This document shows, in pieces, positions 13,883 through 23,418 of a stretch of DNA of 39,931 nucleotides. Each line of letters begins with the position of its first letter. Position 1 is the stretch's first letter. The position numbers and the translations under genes are program-made. The DNA comes from Acidobacteriota bacterium (GTDB taxonomy: Bacteria > Acidobacteriota > UBA6911 > RPQK01 > JADFOI01). Under the pieces are notes generated by a model that had not been told where the DNA came from, ran no database searches, and was given only the letters and a program-made list of their open reading frames with translations. The stretch is taken from positions 1-39,931 of the forward strand of contig JAUXKG010000001.1 of NCBI GenBank assembly GCA_030624355.1, read 5' to 3'.

Positions 13883-14069
13883 CTTCAGGAGGATGACCCC
13901 TGACGCCAAAACAGAATATCTTTTCAGCATTTGTAAAACGGTTGAAGTCGATCTCCCGATTGCGAGAAGGGAGATCAAGCACCTCCGTGAAAGGCTCGGC
14001 GACCTCGAGCGGATCAAGCGCAAAGCAAGAAGAAGGGAGCGCGAGAATGCCAAGAGTAAAGCAGTTTGA
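13869..14069 (+). CDS. Hypothetical basic coiled-coil protein (66 aa)
   Basis: GGAGAGAGAG upstream of the ATG. Overlaps xis by 14 nt. Confidence 0.5.
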   Translation: MEHSDFRRMTPDAKTEYLFSICKTVEVDLPIARREIKHLRERLGDLERIKRKARRRERENAKSKAV

Positions 14070-14334
14070 TGATCTGATCGAGGAGCACCCGGACTTCATG
14101 ACTCTTCGCAACCACATTGCAAAGACGGTTGCCGGTGACGGGAAGAAGGTCATGCTCATGGCTGCTCTCTGGCGTGTGATCCGAGCAGCATGCCAGCTCA
14201 GCCAGAAAATTCCGTATGCAAAGAAAGAGCCTGAGCCGGAACCTGTATCAGTGGCAGCGGACGACCATGCAACACACGTGAGAGCGGCACAAGAACAGGA
14301 GGCAGCACGTGGCCAAGAAAAAGGGACTGAGTAA
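14047..14334 (+). CDS. Hypothetical protein (95 aa)
   Basis: Internal ATG (Met36) of listed ORF 13942..14334, preceded by GGAGCGCGAGA. Confidence 0.5.
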   Translation: MPRVKQFDDLIEEHPDFMTLRNHIAKTVAGDGKKVMLMAALWRVIRAACQLSQKIPYAKKEPEPEPVSVAADDHATHVRAAQEQEAARGQEKGTE

Positions 14335-14449
14335 GCGTAAGGCGTGCAAGATCGTGAAGGACCAGCAGATCAGGGGGAAGCCTCTGACTGACAAGCAGCA
14401 AGGCTTGTTCAGAGCACGCTGTGCCGGAAAGAAAACTAAAGTAGGTTGA
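14309..14449 (+). CDS. Small basic protein (46 aa; not in ORF track), DUF3008-like by recollection
   Basis: GTG lies 6 nt after AGGAGG (14297-14302). Translation is (M)AKKKGLSKRKACKIVKDQQIRGKPLTDKQQGLFRARCAGKKTKVG. Stop at 14447-14449. Confidence 0.5.
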   Translation: MAKKKGLSKRKACKIVKDQQIRGKPLTDKQQGLFRARCAGKKTKVG

Positions 14450-15177
14450 GGTTCGCCGAGTTACTGAACGCGCTCCCCGCAGACATCGACAAGCTGTGCC
14501 ATGAGATCTCTGTACGCAACAGCAGAGATCGGACCGTTCTCCTGAAGAAACTTCTGCGGGGAGCATTTGACGCTGGCAGGTACAACGATCCTGACAGACA
14601 ACAAAGACCGGCACCATTCATGCCAGACAGATCAACCCACCGAGACCAGGTAGAAGTCAGAGAGATGGAGAAGTGGTCAGGTCTCTGGCGTACACGTGAG
14701 TACAGATCAAAGGAATGTCCGGCAGGTCCAATCGTACAGGCTGCAATAAGGAGCCTCGGTATTCGTGAAACAGATACGATTATCGACTTCGGGTGTGGAA
14801 GGGGTGCGGCTCTAACGGTCTTCGCCGAAGAAGGCTGCGGTAACGTTACCGGTCTCGATATAGCATCTAATGCTCTTGATGAGCATCTCGCCGCACACTA
14901 CCCACTGGTCCGTGCCTGCCTTTGGAACCTGCCGGGCTGTCTCCATGCTGACTACGGGTACTGCGCTGATGTCATGGAGGACATACCCAAAGAGAAAGTG
15001 AAGCTGGCACTCGAAGGAATCAAGTCAGCCACGAAGCTTGGATGCTTCTTCCAGATGAGTGATACGGACCCTCTCCTCTGGGACGATCACCTGAGCGAAG
15101 TGTGGCCGACAGTCGTATCTATACTGAATCTGGGTCACACCAGGAATCAGACTACCTGGTTCAGCGTCATCGTCTGA
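14446..15177 (+). CDS. Class I SAM-dependent methyltransferase (small-molecule/Methyltransf_11-25-like, no DNA-MTase motif seen)
   Basis: Motif I is IIDFGCGRGAA, followed by VTGLDIA (motif II-like). No DPPY/NPPY or PCQ motif. The TTG start at 14446 is uncertain. Confidence 0.7.
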   Translation: MRFAELLNALPADIDKLCHEISVRNSRDRTVLLKKLLRGAFDAGRYNDPDRQQRPAPFMPDRSTHRDQVEVREMEKWSGLWRTREYRSKECPAGPIVQAAIRSLGIRETDTIIDFGCGRGAALTVFAEEGCGNVTGLDIASNALDEHLAAHYPLVRACLWNLPGCLHADYGYCADVMEDIPKEKVKLALEGIKSATKLGCFFQMSDTDPLLWDDHLSEVWPTVVSILNLGHTRNQTTWFSVIV

Positions 15178-18100
15178 CAGCACCCAGGCGCGACCTCTGC
15201 GGCAGCTGTGGTAGCTGCGGTAGCTGTGGTGTAGACTCCGATATCCTCCTGAACTCATCCAGGAGATCGAGGACCTCCCTGCCTGGAGCCTGGCGTGCCT
15301 TCTCTGTTGGGAGGAAGATTGGCAGCTGACCAACCTCTCCTCGAAGCTGCGCCTCTTCAAGCTCTGCGCCAGCCACACGCTGCGCGCGTCTCTTCGCCTC
15401 CTCTGCGACATCAACGTCGGCGAGAGAGATACCCAGTACAGTGCGGAGAAACTCCTCTGTTGTACTTTTCTCCCTGCGTTCAGCACCAGGCTCGAAGACT
15501 CCGGCAGCTTCTCCGATCTGTGTCGGACTGATTGGAAGTCCAGTAGCCTCGCCCAGGGGACGCCCGATCAGCTCTGCCAATCGTGACGTGGTCTGGGTGA
15601 ATCTTGATATCGGTAGGTTCCTGAGAAGGAAACGAATGTCAGGCCGAGTCCTGAACCTCTGTCCTTCCCCTCTCGGCCTTGGTACCTCTTGACCAAAACC
15701 TTTGAACCCCTCAACCCCAGTGAGGCCAGCCAGGCCTGAGCCGATCAAAGCCTGGAGAGAACCTGCTTTGTCCAGCTCTGCCAGCTCTCTGCCGAGGAAG
15801 AAGTCTTGTTGAGAAATGAACTCCGCCAGGCCACGAATGAGAGGAACAGACTGCTGGAACAGCTCACGACCGAGCTTGACAAACCCACCGAACGGACCGA
15901 ACTGAGTGATACCACCGCCTGCCACAGTCGGGTCGAGTGCTCCGAGCACCTCGAACGGCGAGCCAAACCTGGAGATGAACGGTTGCTCTCCTGTCTCAGG
16001 GTCAACTGGCCCGGCCGGAATGCCAGCGGCTTCCCGGATGAATTCCGGTATGCCAGCTGGCCGTTCCACCCCTGGCTGAACCGTTGCCTTGAGAAGAATA
16101 GCAGCTCTCCTTGGGTCCTCAAGGAAGGTGTTGACTACGAGCGGGAGAGCAAACCGCTGCCAACGATAAAAGAAGAACAGCCTGTTGAACAGCCCTTTCT
16201 CGAGACCATTCAGGGCTTCGTTGGAATAGTCGAAGAGAAACTTGTTCACCGACGCCATGGCTTCGATGTTGGTGAATCTCTTCTGCTTCTTTGCCAGGAA
16301 GTGAGCAATACGGGAGGTGTCCTCAACGAATGTGCCAAGCCCGAAGCCCCAACGAGACAGGGGATTCTGCCTGGCAAGCTGCAACGTCACGTTGACAGCT
16401 GCTGCTGTTTTGTCGAGGCCTTTCTCTATGACGTCGGCTCCTGTTCCCCTGAATCTGCCGACCTGGCCAGCCAGTGCACCGAGTGCCTCTGGATCTTGAA
16501 TGACCTGCCGTTGTAACAGCTCCTGGCTTGCAGCGTCTGTAATCTGACCAAGCTGGCCACCTTTGGTGAGCCCGAGCCCGGTGTACAGCTCCGCTCTTAC
16601 TGGATCAAACTTGACGCCAGCCCATTTGGCAGCCGCTTCATTCGTCGAGAAGAACTGCTTGAACGCATCGATGTAGTGCTTCCCGGCCGTCACCCCACCC
16701 ATGTAGTTGAGCATGATGTTCGACAGGAAGTTACGCACATGGAACGCGGTGAATGGGAGTGGAGCAGTCGCACCAATCCTGAACACGGAACTCAGTGGGT
16801 CCCAGATCTCTTCCACAAACTTCCGGAACTTTGTGGGCGACAGCTTTTCAAACTTCCCGTACACCTGGATGAACTCAGCCGCAGCCTCAGCGGGAAGTGT
16901 GGCGGCTGAACTGATGCCAACGTTCTCGAGTGCACGATTGATCGCAGGGAGATCGCCAGACTTGAAGCTCTGGTTTCCCAATCGTCTGAGGCCGACTGCG
17001 TTGATGAACTTGCCGACCGGCATGTCTCCAGCCTTGCCTGGTATGTTGGTCAGGTCCTTGACGAAGCTCTGTGCCAGCTCAGCATTGATCACCGTCATGC
17101 TACGCTCACGAACAGTGCGTGCCACGGTCTCTGCTGGGTTGAGATTGAAGAACTTGGAGTTCACATCTGCAGGTAAGAGCCTGTTCTGAAGGAAGGCCAC
17201 GGTGTTTGGCAAGTCAGCGGTATCGATTACGCCACCACCGGCCAGGTTCCTGACTTCAGTCATGGCCTCTGGAAGCTCCATGCCCCTGTTCTGAATCAAG
17301 TGCTTCAGGTAGGCAGCAGAGAATTTCTGATCACTGAGAGCCATTCCGTTCTTGATGATCGACAAGTTGCTGAACAGGTCTGCAGTCCCTATCTCTGTAG
17401 GTGCAGCTCTAACGCCAGCAAGAATGTCATCGATCTCTTTGAACGCTGGCTCAAGAATAGTGCCGAAGTCCTCAGACAAGAGAGGGTCCACTTTACCCAA
17501 ATCGATAGCGTCGATCCCGTCAGTCAGTCCCAGTTGTTCTCTGAAGAATCGGTCAGCGTCAGTGTTAAGGGCGTCCCGCGTGTAATCTCGACGGCTGAAC
17601 TGGGAGTTCTCCCATAAGTTTGCCTGTTCAACGAGGAAACTACGGTACTCTGCGGACTTTCCCTTTTCCTTGAGTGCAAGTCTTCCAGCGGGAGTGAGAA
17701 TTCGTTCTGCGTAGTCGGTAATAAGTGAGTCATTGCGAGCACCTCTGGCAAACTGACTGGCTGTTGCCTGGTCGACCATCTGGTTCAGGTCACGCACAAA
17801 CAACGCAGCTTGCTCTCCATAGATCTCCTGCACCCGCTTCGTACCAAGCTGGCGTGCATTGGTGATATCTGTGAAGAACTCCTGCCTGATTACATCAGCG
17901 ATTTCATCTGGAGGGTTGCCAGTCAGAATGATATTGTCAGAAATGTTCTTAACTATCAGGTCTTCTTGCTTCTTGGCAAACTCCTTACCTCTTGCAACAA
18001 CACGCGCAGACACAAGACCCCTCAACAGCCTTGCTGCATCAGCTGCCGCAGGAGATTTAGCGATGATCTTCTTGAACGGCAGCGCGATCAAGCGACCAGC

Positions 18101-19240
18101 CAGCACAATTGGAGTCCCGACCACCTGGGCTATCCTTGCCTCGATCTTCTGCCCGAACCTGCCAGGTAGACCAACGCGCAGCCGTTTGCCACCGAAGCCA
18201 ATCTGGATCAGATTCCTGACTGCAGCGTTCGTGTTCGTCGGCACACTCGCAAGCAGTTTCTGACCAGCCTCACCAACATCGCTAAGCTCGAACGGACGGA
18301 CCTGCGGCTGGAACTGCTCACCGAGTTCTTTGAAGACTCCTTTCAAACCCTTCGGAAGCTCACCGATTGTCGGCGCTTCGAGCAGGGCTTTGAGTGTCTC
18401 GCGTTGACCGGGCGCCCTCGGCGTTGTGGTCAAGGCTGCAATCGCTGGCTTGACCGGGCCGACAGTAGGACGTGGCAATACAGGTGTAGTCGGCAGATCA
18501 AAGCCAGCTTTCTTCGCCTTAGCACTCAGTTCCCCAGCTCTTTCCAGCTGTTCCCTGCTGAACTCCGCAACCTTAGCACGAGGAAGACCAAAGGCTGTGA
18601 CTTCCCTTGGAAGTTCACGCAGGATGTCCTGTACGTCCAGGCCGCTCAGGTCCTCGGGACCCAGGCCACGGATTAGATCCTCAACACTGGGAAGTTGTTC
18701 AGCCCCTGGACGCACTGGTGCTGCCGTGGGCAGAGGTGCCCTGCGTGCGGCTTGCGCCGATAGTGGTGCCTCGAGCCGACCACCAAGCCTGCCGACTTCC
18801 TTGCCCACACGCGCAGCCCTCTGCGCTTTCGCTGCAGCAGCGGTTCCTTTAGCAAGCTGCCCAAACCCTGTGATCAGGGATAGTGGGTCAGTGAGGATGT
18901 CCGTGGCCAAGACTGCGGCGCCACCCAGGGTTCCAGTGCTGAGAGGGTCGCCGATGTCGAACTCCGGTGGCGTGACACCTACGACCTCCTCGAGAAACTT
19001 ACGCGCAGTCCTTCTTTGAAACGGAACATCCCGTTCTGCGTCAATGAAGTCAAGTATCTGCTCGAGTACACCACGAGTGATGTCACCAGGCACAGCAAGA
19101 GCTTCGCCCAGCCCTCCGAGGATACCAGGGCCTTCTTCACGAGCACGAGCCTCGATCTCTGCCTGGGTGGCAACCTGGCGTGCTGGCAGCCTGGTAATAC
19201 CTGGACGACCTGGACGCCGTCTACGTCTCTCACGTGCCAT
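15167..19240 (-). CDS. Giant internal virion / ejection protein (T7 gp16-position analogue), 1357 aa
   Basis: Longest ORF and the last gene of the late operon. Basic N-terminus MARERRRRRPGRPG. C-terminal PQLPQLPQLPQ repeat. The assignment rests on size and position only. Confidence 0.85.
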   Translation of the reverse strand: MARERRRRRPGRPGITRLPARQVATQAEIEARAREEGPGILGGLGEALAVPGDITRGVLEQILDFIDAERDVPFQRRTARKFLEEVVGVTPPEFDIGDPLSTGTLGGAAVLATDILTDPLSLITGFGQLAKGTAAAAKAQRAARVGKEVGRLGGRLEAPLSAQAARRAPLPTAAPVRPGAEQLPSVEDLIRGLGPEDLSGLDVQDILRELPREVTAFGLPRAKVAEFSREQLERAGELSAKAKKAGFDLPTTPVLPRPTVGPVKPAIAALTTTPRAPGQRETLKALLEAPTIGELPKGLKGVFKELGEQFQPQVRPFELSDVGEAGQKLLASVPTNTNAAVRNLIQIGFGGKRLRVGLPGRFGQKIEARIAQVVGTPIVLAGRLIALPFKKIIAKSPAAADAARLLRGLVSARVVARGKEFAKKQEDLIVKNISDNIILTGNPPDEIADVIRQEFFTDITNARQLGTKRVQEIYGEQAALFVRDLNQMVDQATASQFARGARNDSLITDYAERILTPAGRLALKEKGKSAEYRSFLVEQANLWENSQFSRRDYTRDALNTDADRFFREQLGLTDGIDAIDLGKVDPLLSEDFGTILEPAFKEIDDILAGVRAAPTEIGTADLFSNLSIIKNGMALSDQKFSAAYLKHLIQNRGMELPEAMTEVRNLAGGGVIDTADLPNTVAFLQNRLLPADVNSKFFNLNPAETVARTVRERSMTVINAELAQSFVKDLTNIPGKAGDMPVGKFINAVGLRRLGNQSFKSGDLPAINRALENVGISSAATLPAEAAAEFIQVYGKFEKLSPTKFRKFVEEIWDPLSSVFRIGATAPLPFTAFHVRNFLSNIMLNYMGGVTAGKHYIDAFKQFFSTNEAAAKWAGVKFDPVRAELYTGLGLTKGGQLGQITDAASQELLQRQVIQDPEALGALAGQVGRFRGTGADVIEKGLDKTAAAVNVTLQLARQNPLSRWGFGLGTFVEDTSRIAHFLAKKQKRFTNIEAMASVNKFLFDYSNEALNGLEKGLFNRLFFFYRWQRFALPLVVNTFLEDPRRAAILLKATVQPGVERPAGIPEFIREAAGIPAGPVDPETGEQPFISRFGSPFEVLGALDPTVAGGGITQFGPFGGFVKLGRELFQQSVPLIRGLAEFISQQDFFLGRELAELDKAGSLQALIGSGLAGLTGVEGFKGFGQEVPRPRGEGQRFRTRPDIRFLLRNLPISRFTQTTSRLAELIGRPLGEATGLPISPTQIGEAAGVFEPGAERREKSTTEEFLRTVLGISLADVDVAEEAKRRAQRVAGAELEEAQLRGEVGQLPIFLPTEKARQAPGREVLDLLDEFRRISESTPQLPQLPQLPQRSRLGAVRR

Positions 19241-20170
19241 TTAGAACGGCCTTCCTGGACCGAATCCCGGAACACCTTGTGGGACAAAGAACGGAAGTTG
19301 ATCTTGCTGACGGAGACGTGAAGCTCGCGCAGCAGCATCTTCAAGTGTTTGGTCAGCTGCCGCCGCATCAGCTGCCACCCCTGCTGTCCTCTCTCTTTCT
19401 CTCCTCTGCTCAAGAAATAGGTCCAGCGATGGCGATCGATTTGTCGGATCAGCCTGAAGTTGCTGTTCATATAGATCCAGAAGCTGTGGTATGTCAGTCG
19501 TCCTTACAGTCTCGGCTTCATCGAGTCGCCCGCTCTCTTTGAGTTTCTGGACGGTAGTGAGGATCTGTTTGAGTTCTTCCTCGAGAAATTTAATCGGGTC
19601 ACGCGCAAAATCAACAGCAATCTGCGCCGTTCTACGCTGAGATTCCTCCTCTTCTCTGAGCCGACCTGGACGATCTTCTATGGCCACCCGCGCCGCTGCA
19701 ACTGGGCCGCCTTCAAGCTGACCCCGAATCCTGATATTGGCAAGCCTTTCCGCTGCAGCATCTCTCTCCTCGTTCCTCAAACGCTCCAGCAGGAATTCCT
19801 CACCACCTGGAGCCACACGCCTCTCTTGCCTCAGAAGCTCTCTCTCCGTAACACCTTCAACACGCTCAGCTTCTTTTCTTCCCAGACTCGCAAGCTGCCC
19901 CTGAGTCAGCCTTCGCTCCTGGCCAGTTCTGCTGATCTCGGTCAGTGCTGCGGTCCTGGTTGCTGCAGCTTCTCTCTCTGCCGCTTGACGATCGAGCACC
20001 TGCTGAATAGCTTGGTTAACTCCAAAGCCTGTCTGCACACCAGTCTCAAGCAGATTTTGACCACTCTGACGATTGAGAGCCTCCTGCCTCAGCCGCAGCT
20101 CGTTGTCAGCCTGGATGACCTGAGCAACCCTCGACTGCGTTCCGACTCCGGGGAAGATTGGAGATACCAT
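19241..20170 (-). CDS. Coiled-coil (E/R/Q-rich) internal virion protein, putative
   Basis: 309 aa. Its stop abuts the next ATG (TAAATG). Highly charged heptad-like composition. Confidence 0.75.
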   Translation of the reverse strand: MVSPIFPGVGTQSRVAQVIQADNELRLRQEALNRQSGQNLLETGVQTGFGVNQAIQQVLDRQAAEREAAATRTAALTEISRTGQERRLTQGQLASLGRKEAERVEGVTERELLRQERRVAPGGEEFLLERLRNEERDAAAERLANIRIRGQLEGGPVAAARVAIEDRPGRLREEEESQRRTAQIAVDFARDPIKFLEEELKQILTTVQKLKESGRLDEAETVRTTDIPQLLDLYEQQLQADPTNRSPSLDLFLEQRRERERTAGVAADAAAADQTLEDAAARASRLRQQDQLPFFVPQGVPGFGPGRPF

Positions 20171-20173
20171 GTA

Positions 20174-20992
20174 CTACCTCACGAAACCAAGGCTGCCTGC
20201 ACTCAACTGAGGATTGAGACCACCGATACCACCCACACTACCAGCGCCAGGTGCAACGGCGGGGGCTGCGCCACCTCCCCCGCCTCCTCCGCCGATGCCT
20301 CCGGCGATACCGCCACCGATGCCACCGATGAGAGATCCAAGAAGGTCAGCTGAAAGCTGTCGCTGTTGTGCGACGTCCGCCTGCTGTTGCAGCCCGAGCG
20401 CGTTGACTACCTGCGCCGTTTGTGCGCCGGAGATGCCAGGCTGCCCACCACCGAGAACTCTTCCTGCTCCAGGGAATGACGCCGCGCCACCAGTTCCAGG
20501 GGCTGCGCCCCCGCCACCACCTCCACCAAGACGGGCACGAGCCACACTTCCAGCAAGTCCAGCTCCGGCACCACCAACAATGTCCCCAAGGATCTGAAGG
20601 AATGATCGTCCCTGCTCTTCCTGACCGCCTGTTTGAAGCTGAGAGGCAGTGGTCGCACCCAAGGGCTGAGGAACGAGCGCCCCACCACCCAGGGCTCCAA
20701 GGCCAGCGTTCGGATTGAAACCCTCCAGGCCAGCGCCGCCAATAGCACCGACGGGAGGAGGAGCCGGCTGCTGTAAAGTTCTGGCGTCCGGAAGCTGTCC
20801 TAACTGACTTGCCTGCAATCCAATGCCCCCGAAGGGATCAGAAGGGCCTGGACCTCCACGAAACGGCGGAACCAAAAAGTCAGCACTGCTGCCAAACGTA
20901 CCACCGCCGCCCAGCGGACCACCGCCACCAAGTCCACCGCCGCCAGATTGAATCTGCTGAGCCAACAGAAATTGAAGTAGATCAGGTGGCAT
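20174..20992 (-). CDS. Glycine-rich low-complexity virion protein
   Basis: 272 aa with runs such as GGGGLGGGGPLGGGG and GGIGGGIAGGIGGGGGGGG. TAATG coupling to the upstream gene. Confidence 0.7.
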   Translation of the reverse strand: MPPDLLQFLLAQQIQSGGGGLGGGGPLGGGGTFGSSADFLVPPFRGGPGPSDPFGGIGLQASQLGQLPDARTLQQPAPPPVGAIGGAGLEGFNPNAGLGALGGGALVPQPLGATTASQLQTGGQEEQGRSFLQILGDIVGGAGAGLAGSVARARLGGGGGGGAAPGTGGAASFPGAGRVLGGGQPGISGAQTAQVVNALGLQQQADVAQQRQLSADLLGSLIGGIGGGIAGGIGGGGGGGGAAPAVAPGAGSVGGIGGLNPQLSAGSLGFVR

Positions 20993-22017
20993 TAGAAGAA
21001 TCCTATCTTACTCAAGAGTCCTCGTTCAGACTTCCTCTCCTTGGCCACCAGGCCAGAGAGATCGAACTCTCCGCGCGTTGCGGTGAAGAGTTCACTGAGC
21101 GCCTGGTTGAGAGCAATCTGACGCAACTCATTCTGTCCCGTAATACCCTGTAAACGATCGACAGCCTGCGCTTCGTTGATATCCCTTTGCAGTGCGTTCT
21201 GAATTGCCAGTCGCTGAAGTTCATCAGAGACCTGACGGGCACCAGCCTGTCTTTGACCAGCCTCTTGAAAAGCAGTCACGCCACCGCGCACACCCTGTCG
21301 TGCCAGCGACTCCAGCTGCTGTCGTTGAGCAGACTCAATCCCCTGAGCACCCCTCTGGCGAATGGCAGACTGCTGTTGGGATACCTCCTCTGGGGTGAAG
21401 GGCTCTGGCTGCTCAAGTCTTCTCTGTGCTACAGCCAATGCCTGAAGTGCTTCAGGGCTCTGACCGATCACGTCACGTTGCTGTGCCAGCAGAGTGATAG
21501 CCTGCTGCCTGTCGGACTGAGCTTGCAGAAGATTCTGGAAGTTCAGGTTCGCTTCGATCGCAGGAACCTGACCACGGAAAAAGCTGGTCGGGTCAGCAAT
21601 GAAACCCAAAGGCCCAAGCAGATTACGAATGTTGAAAGCGCCTATTGTTCGGGGATCAAATGGTGGCAAGTTCTGGGCACGGCGTTCAACATTGAGCGCC
21701 TCAATCTCTGAGCCACTCAGAGTTCTGGGGATCGGCTGAAAACCGCCTGCTCCCTGCTGGGCCTCGCCAAGTCCTGTCTGCTCAGGTGTCAGGCCAAAGC
21801 CGAACCCAGTGCTCTGACCAAAGCCAGCTGCCTGCGGTACTCCAAAGCTGAACCCTCCAGGCTGCGGCGTTGGACCCTGGGCAGCAGTGGGGCCAGGGCC
21901 GCCCAGCGCATCTGGTCCACCTATCGTCGGCGGTCGTGCCGCGTTTGCAGCGCCCACAGCAGTGGTAGCCGCCTGACCTACATTACTGAGTCCCCCAGTC
22001 CCGAATCCATTGGCCAT
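20992..22017 (-). CDS. Virion protein with Gly-rich N-terminus and Q-rich helical C-terminus
   Basis: ATG at 22017 follows GAGGAAG and lies 2 nt after the upstream stop. The listed start at 22047 lies inside the upstream gene. Confidence 0.7.
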   Translation of the reverse strand: MANGFGTGGLSNVGQAATTAVGAANAARPPTIGGPDALGGPGPTAAQGPTPQPGGFSFGVPQAAGFGQSTGFGFGLTPEQTGLGEAQQGAGGFQPIPRTLSGSEIEALNVERRAQNLPPFDPRTIGAFNIRNLLGPLGFIADPTSFFRGQVPAIEANLNFQNLLQAQSDRQQAITLLAQQRDVIGQSPEALQALAVAQRRLEQPEPFTPEEVSQQQSAIRQRGAQGIESAQRQQLESLARQGVRGGVTAFQEAGQRQAGARQVSDELQRLAIQNALQRDINEAQAVDRLQGITGQNELRQIALNQALSELFTATRGEFDLSGLVAKERKSERGLLSKIGFF

Positions 22018-22019
22018 GG

Positions 22020-22265
22020 TTACTTCCTCATCGTTCTGGGAGCGCACCTCATGAGGCCACCGATCATTGGGGCGACCTCTTGATACGGTCTTTTTCCCAG
22101 ATAGCCCAGGATCTGTTCAGCCAAATCATATGGTACCTGCAATGGTGGCTTCTCTACAGCAGTATCTTTCGGAGGAGCCCCATTGTCAGCTGCTTTTTTG
22201 ATCGCCTCTTTGTTTCGCCTCTTCGCCGTCTTCTGACTCATGGTATTCCTACTCCTGATCCCCAA
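22020..22265 (-). CDS. Hypothetical small basic protein (81 aa)
   Basis: Listed ORF in the late-operon frame chain. Confidence 0.55.
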   Translation of the reverse strand: MGIRSRNTMSQKTAKRRNKEAIKKAADNGAPPKDTAVEKPPLQVPYDLAEQILGYLGKRPYQEVAPMIGGLMRCAPRTMRK

Positions 22266-22615
22266 TCAGCTAATGGGATAATGTCGCCGTTCTCATCGAG
22301 TGCCTTGGCCCTGACCATCAACTCCTCAACCAAATGCCCCGTCTCAGGTATCGTAAGGTTCTTCGGATTCTGTCCCACAAGAGGGCCAATGCGGGTCAGC
22401 TGGTCAGTGCGAGTTGTTTGGGCCTGAATCAGCTCTCCTTGAAACAGGATGTGCTCAGCGAGATACTCCGCCTCTGTCGGCTCGATTTGTACACCGTCAC
22501 GCCAATCAACATTGGTTGTCTGCCTGGGCGTGCCGCCTTTCCATCCCCACTCAGCTCCTGGTCGAAGTCGGCTGAGAAGAAAGGGAACGTCATGGTCTAC
22601 AGGTAGGAGAGCCAT
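22238..22615 (-). CDS. Hypothetical protein (125 aa)
   Basis: Listed ORF. Starts 2 nt after the tail-fibre stop. Confidence 0.6.
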   Translation of the reverse strand: MALLPVDHDVPFLLSRLRPGAEWGWKGGTPRQTTNVDWRDGVQIEPTEAEYLAEHILFQGELIQAQTTRTDQLTRIGPLVGQNPKNLTIPETGHLVEELMVRAKALDENGDIIPLADWGSGVGIP

Positions 22616-22617
22616 TA

Positions 22618-23418
22618 TCAGGGTCCGGGTGGTATCCTCAAGAACTCTGCTTCAGTATAGATCTCCAGCGGCTCTGGGGCAGCCGCTGGAGTTGCTATTC
22701 CAAATCCATCGGTAGCCTGAGTCTGCTCAGCTGAATGCTGGACTTCTAAGATTGTGGTGCCGGCGATTGTGAAGAAGCCCTGAATCCAGGCGTTTGTTGA
22801 GCTGCTTCCATCCATGAACTGTGTTCCACCATCAAGAACTACCGCTGAGTCTGTGATGCTGAAGAGCCGAGCAGTGTGTCCCTTGGACTTGAAGGCAGGA
22901 CAGCGAATGAGGGTTTTGTAGGTGCCGGCCGTAAGGGTTATCTGATTCGATAACAGAGACAACACAAGACCGTCGTCATCTGAAACGATTGCATTCAGGT
23001 CACGAGTCCTCCAGGCACCATTTGTAAATGTACCTCCGTTAATTCCGTTCGCCTTCTCATCCCTCACAAGAATATAGCTCAGAAGGTCCTGCTTCAGGTC
23101 CATGAGCGGTTGCATGGTATCGATAACAAACTGCGCGACAATCGGAGAGTTAACAACGACATCAACTATGTGGTTGTCAACCTCAATAGAGCCAACAATG
23201 ATGTCGATTATGTCCTGATCAATGTAAGCATCGCGCGACAGGGGCAGGATCAACTTTCTTTCCTGGACACTACCCCTGGCTAACTTCCCGCCATCGATAG
23301 ACTCCTCTGGAAACTTGCCGAAGGCTAAGAAGTCATAGATACGGTCGAACTCAGTGTTCAGCTGTGCGTCATTATAGTGATGCAGCTTACCAATATTCTG
23401 ATTGGCAATCGGACTCAT
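22618..23418 (-). CDS. Tail fibre protein (266 aa)
   Basis: ATG at 23418 overlaps the upstream stop. The C-terminal domain GGTFTNGAWRTRDLNAIV...ITLTAGTYKTLIRCPAF...HTARLFSITD...EIYTEAEFLRI resembles a receptor-binding jelly-roll domain seen in podovirus tail fibres (recall-based). Confidence 0.7.
   Translation of the reverse strand: MSPIANQNIGKLHHYNDAQLNTEFDRIYDFLAFGKFPEESIDGGKLARGSVQERKLILPLSRDAYIDQDIIDIIVGSIEVDNHIVDVVVNSPIVAQFVIDTMQPLMDLKQDLLSYILVRDEKANGINGGTFTNGAWRTRDLNAIVSDDDGLVLSLLSNQITLTAGTYKTLIRCPAFKSKGHTARLFSITDSAVVLDGGTQFMDGSSSTNAWIQGFFTIAGTTILEVQHSAEQTQATDGFGIATPAAAPEPLEIYTEAEFLRIPPGP

Noticed and set aside
15295-19542. Many plus-strand ORFs (e.g. 15806..16516, 16707..17189, 17859..18263, 18426..19019) opposite the 1357-aa gene
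   Set aside because: These are shadow ORFs on the antisense strand of a long GC-rich gene. They are low-complexity Ser/Pro/Arg-rich, with no RBS or coupling.
20214-20718. Pro-rich ORF 20214..20597(+) and its neighbours
   Set aside because: It is the antisense reading of the glycine-rich gene (GGN read backwards gives NCC Pro codons), so it is an artefact.
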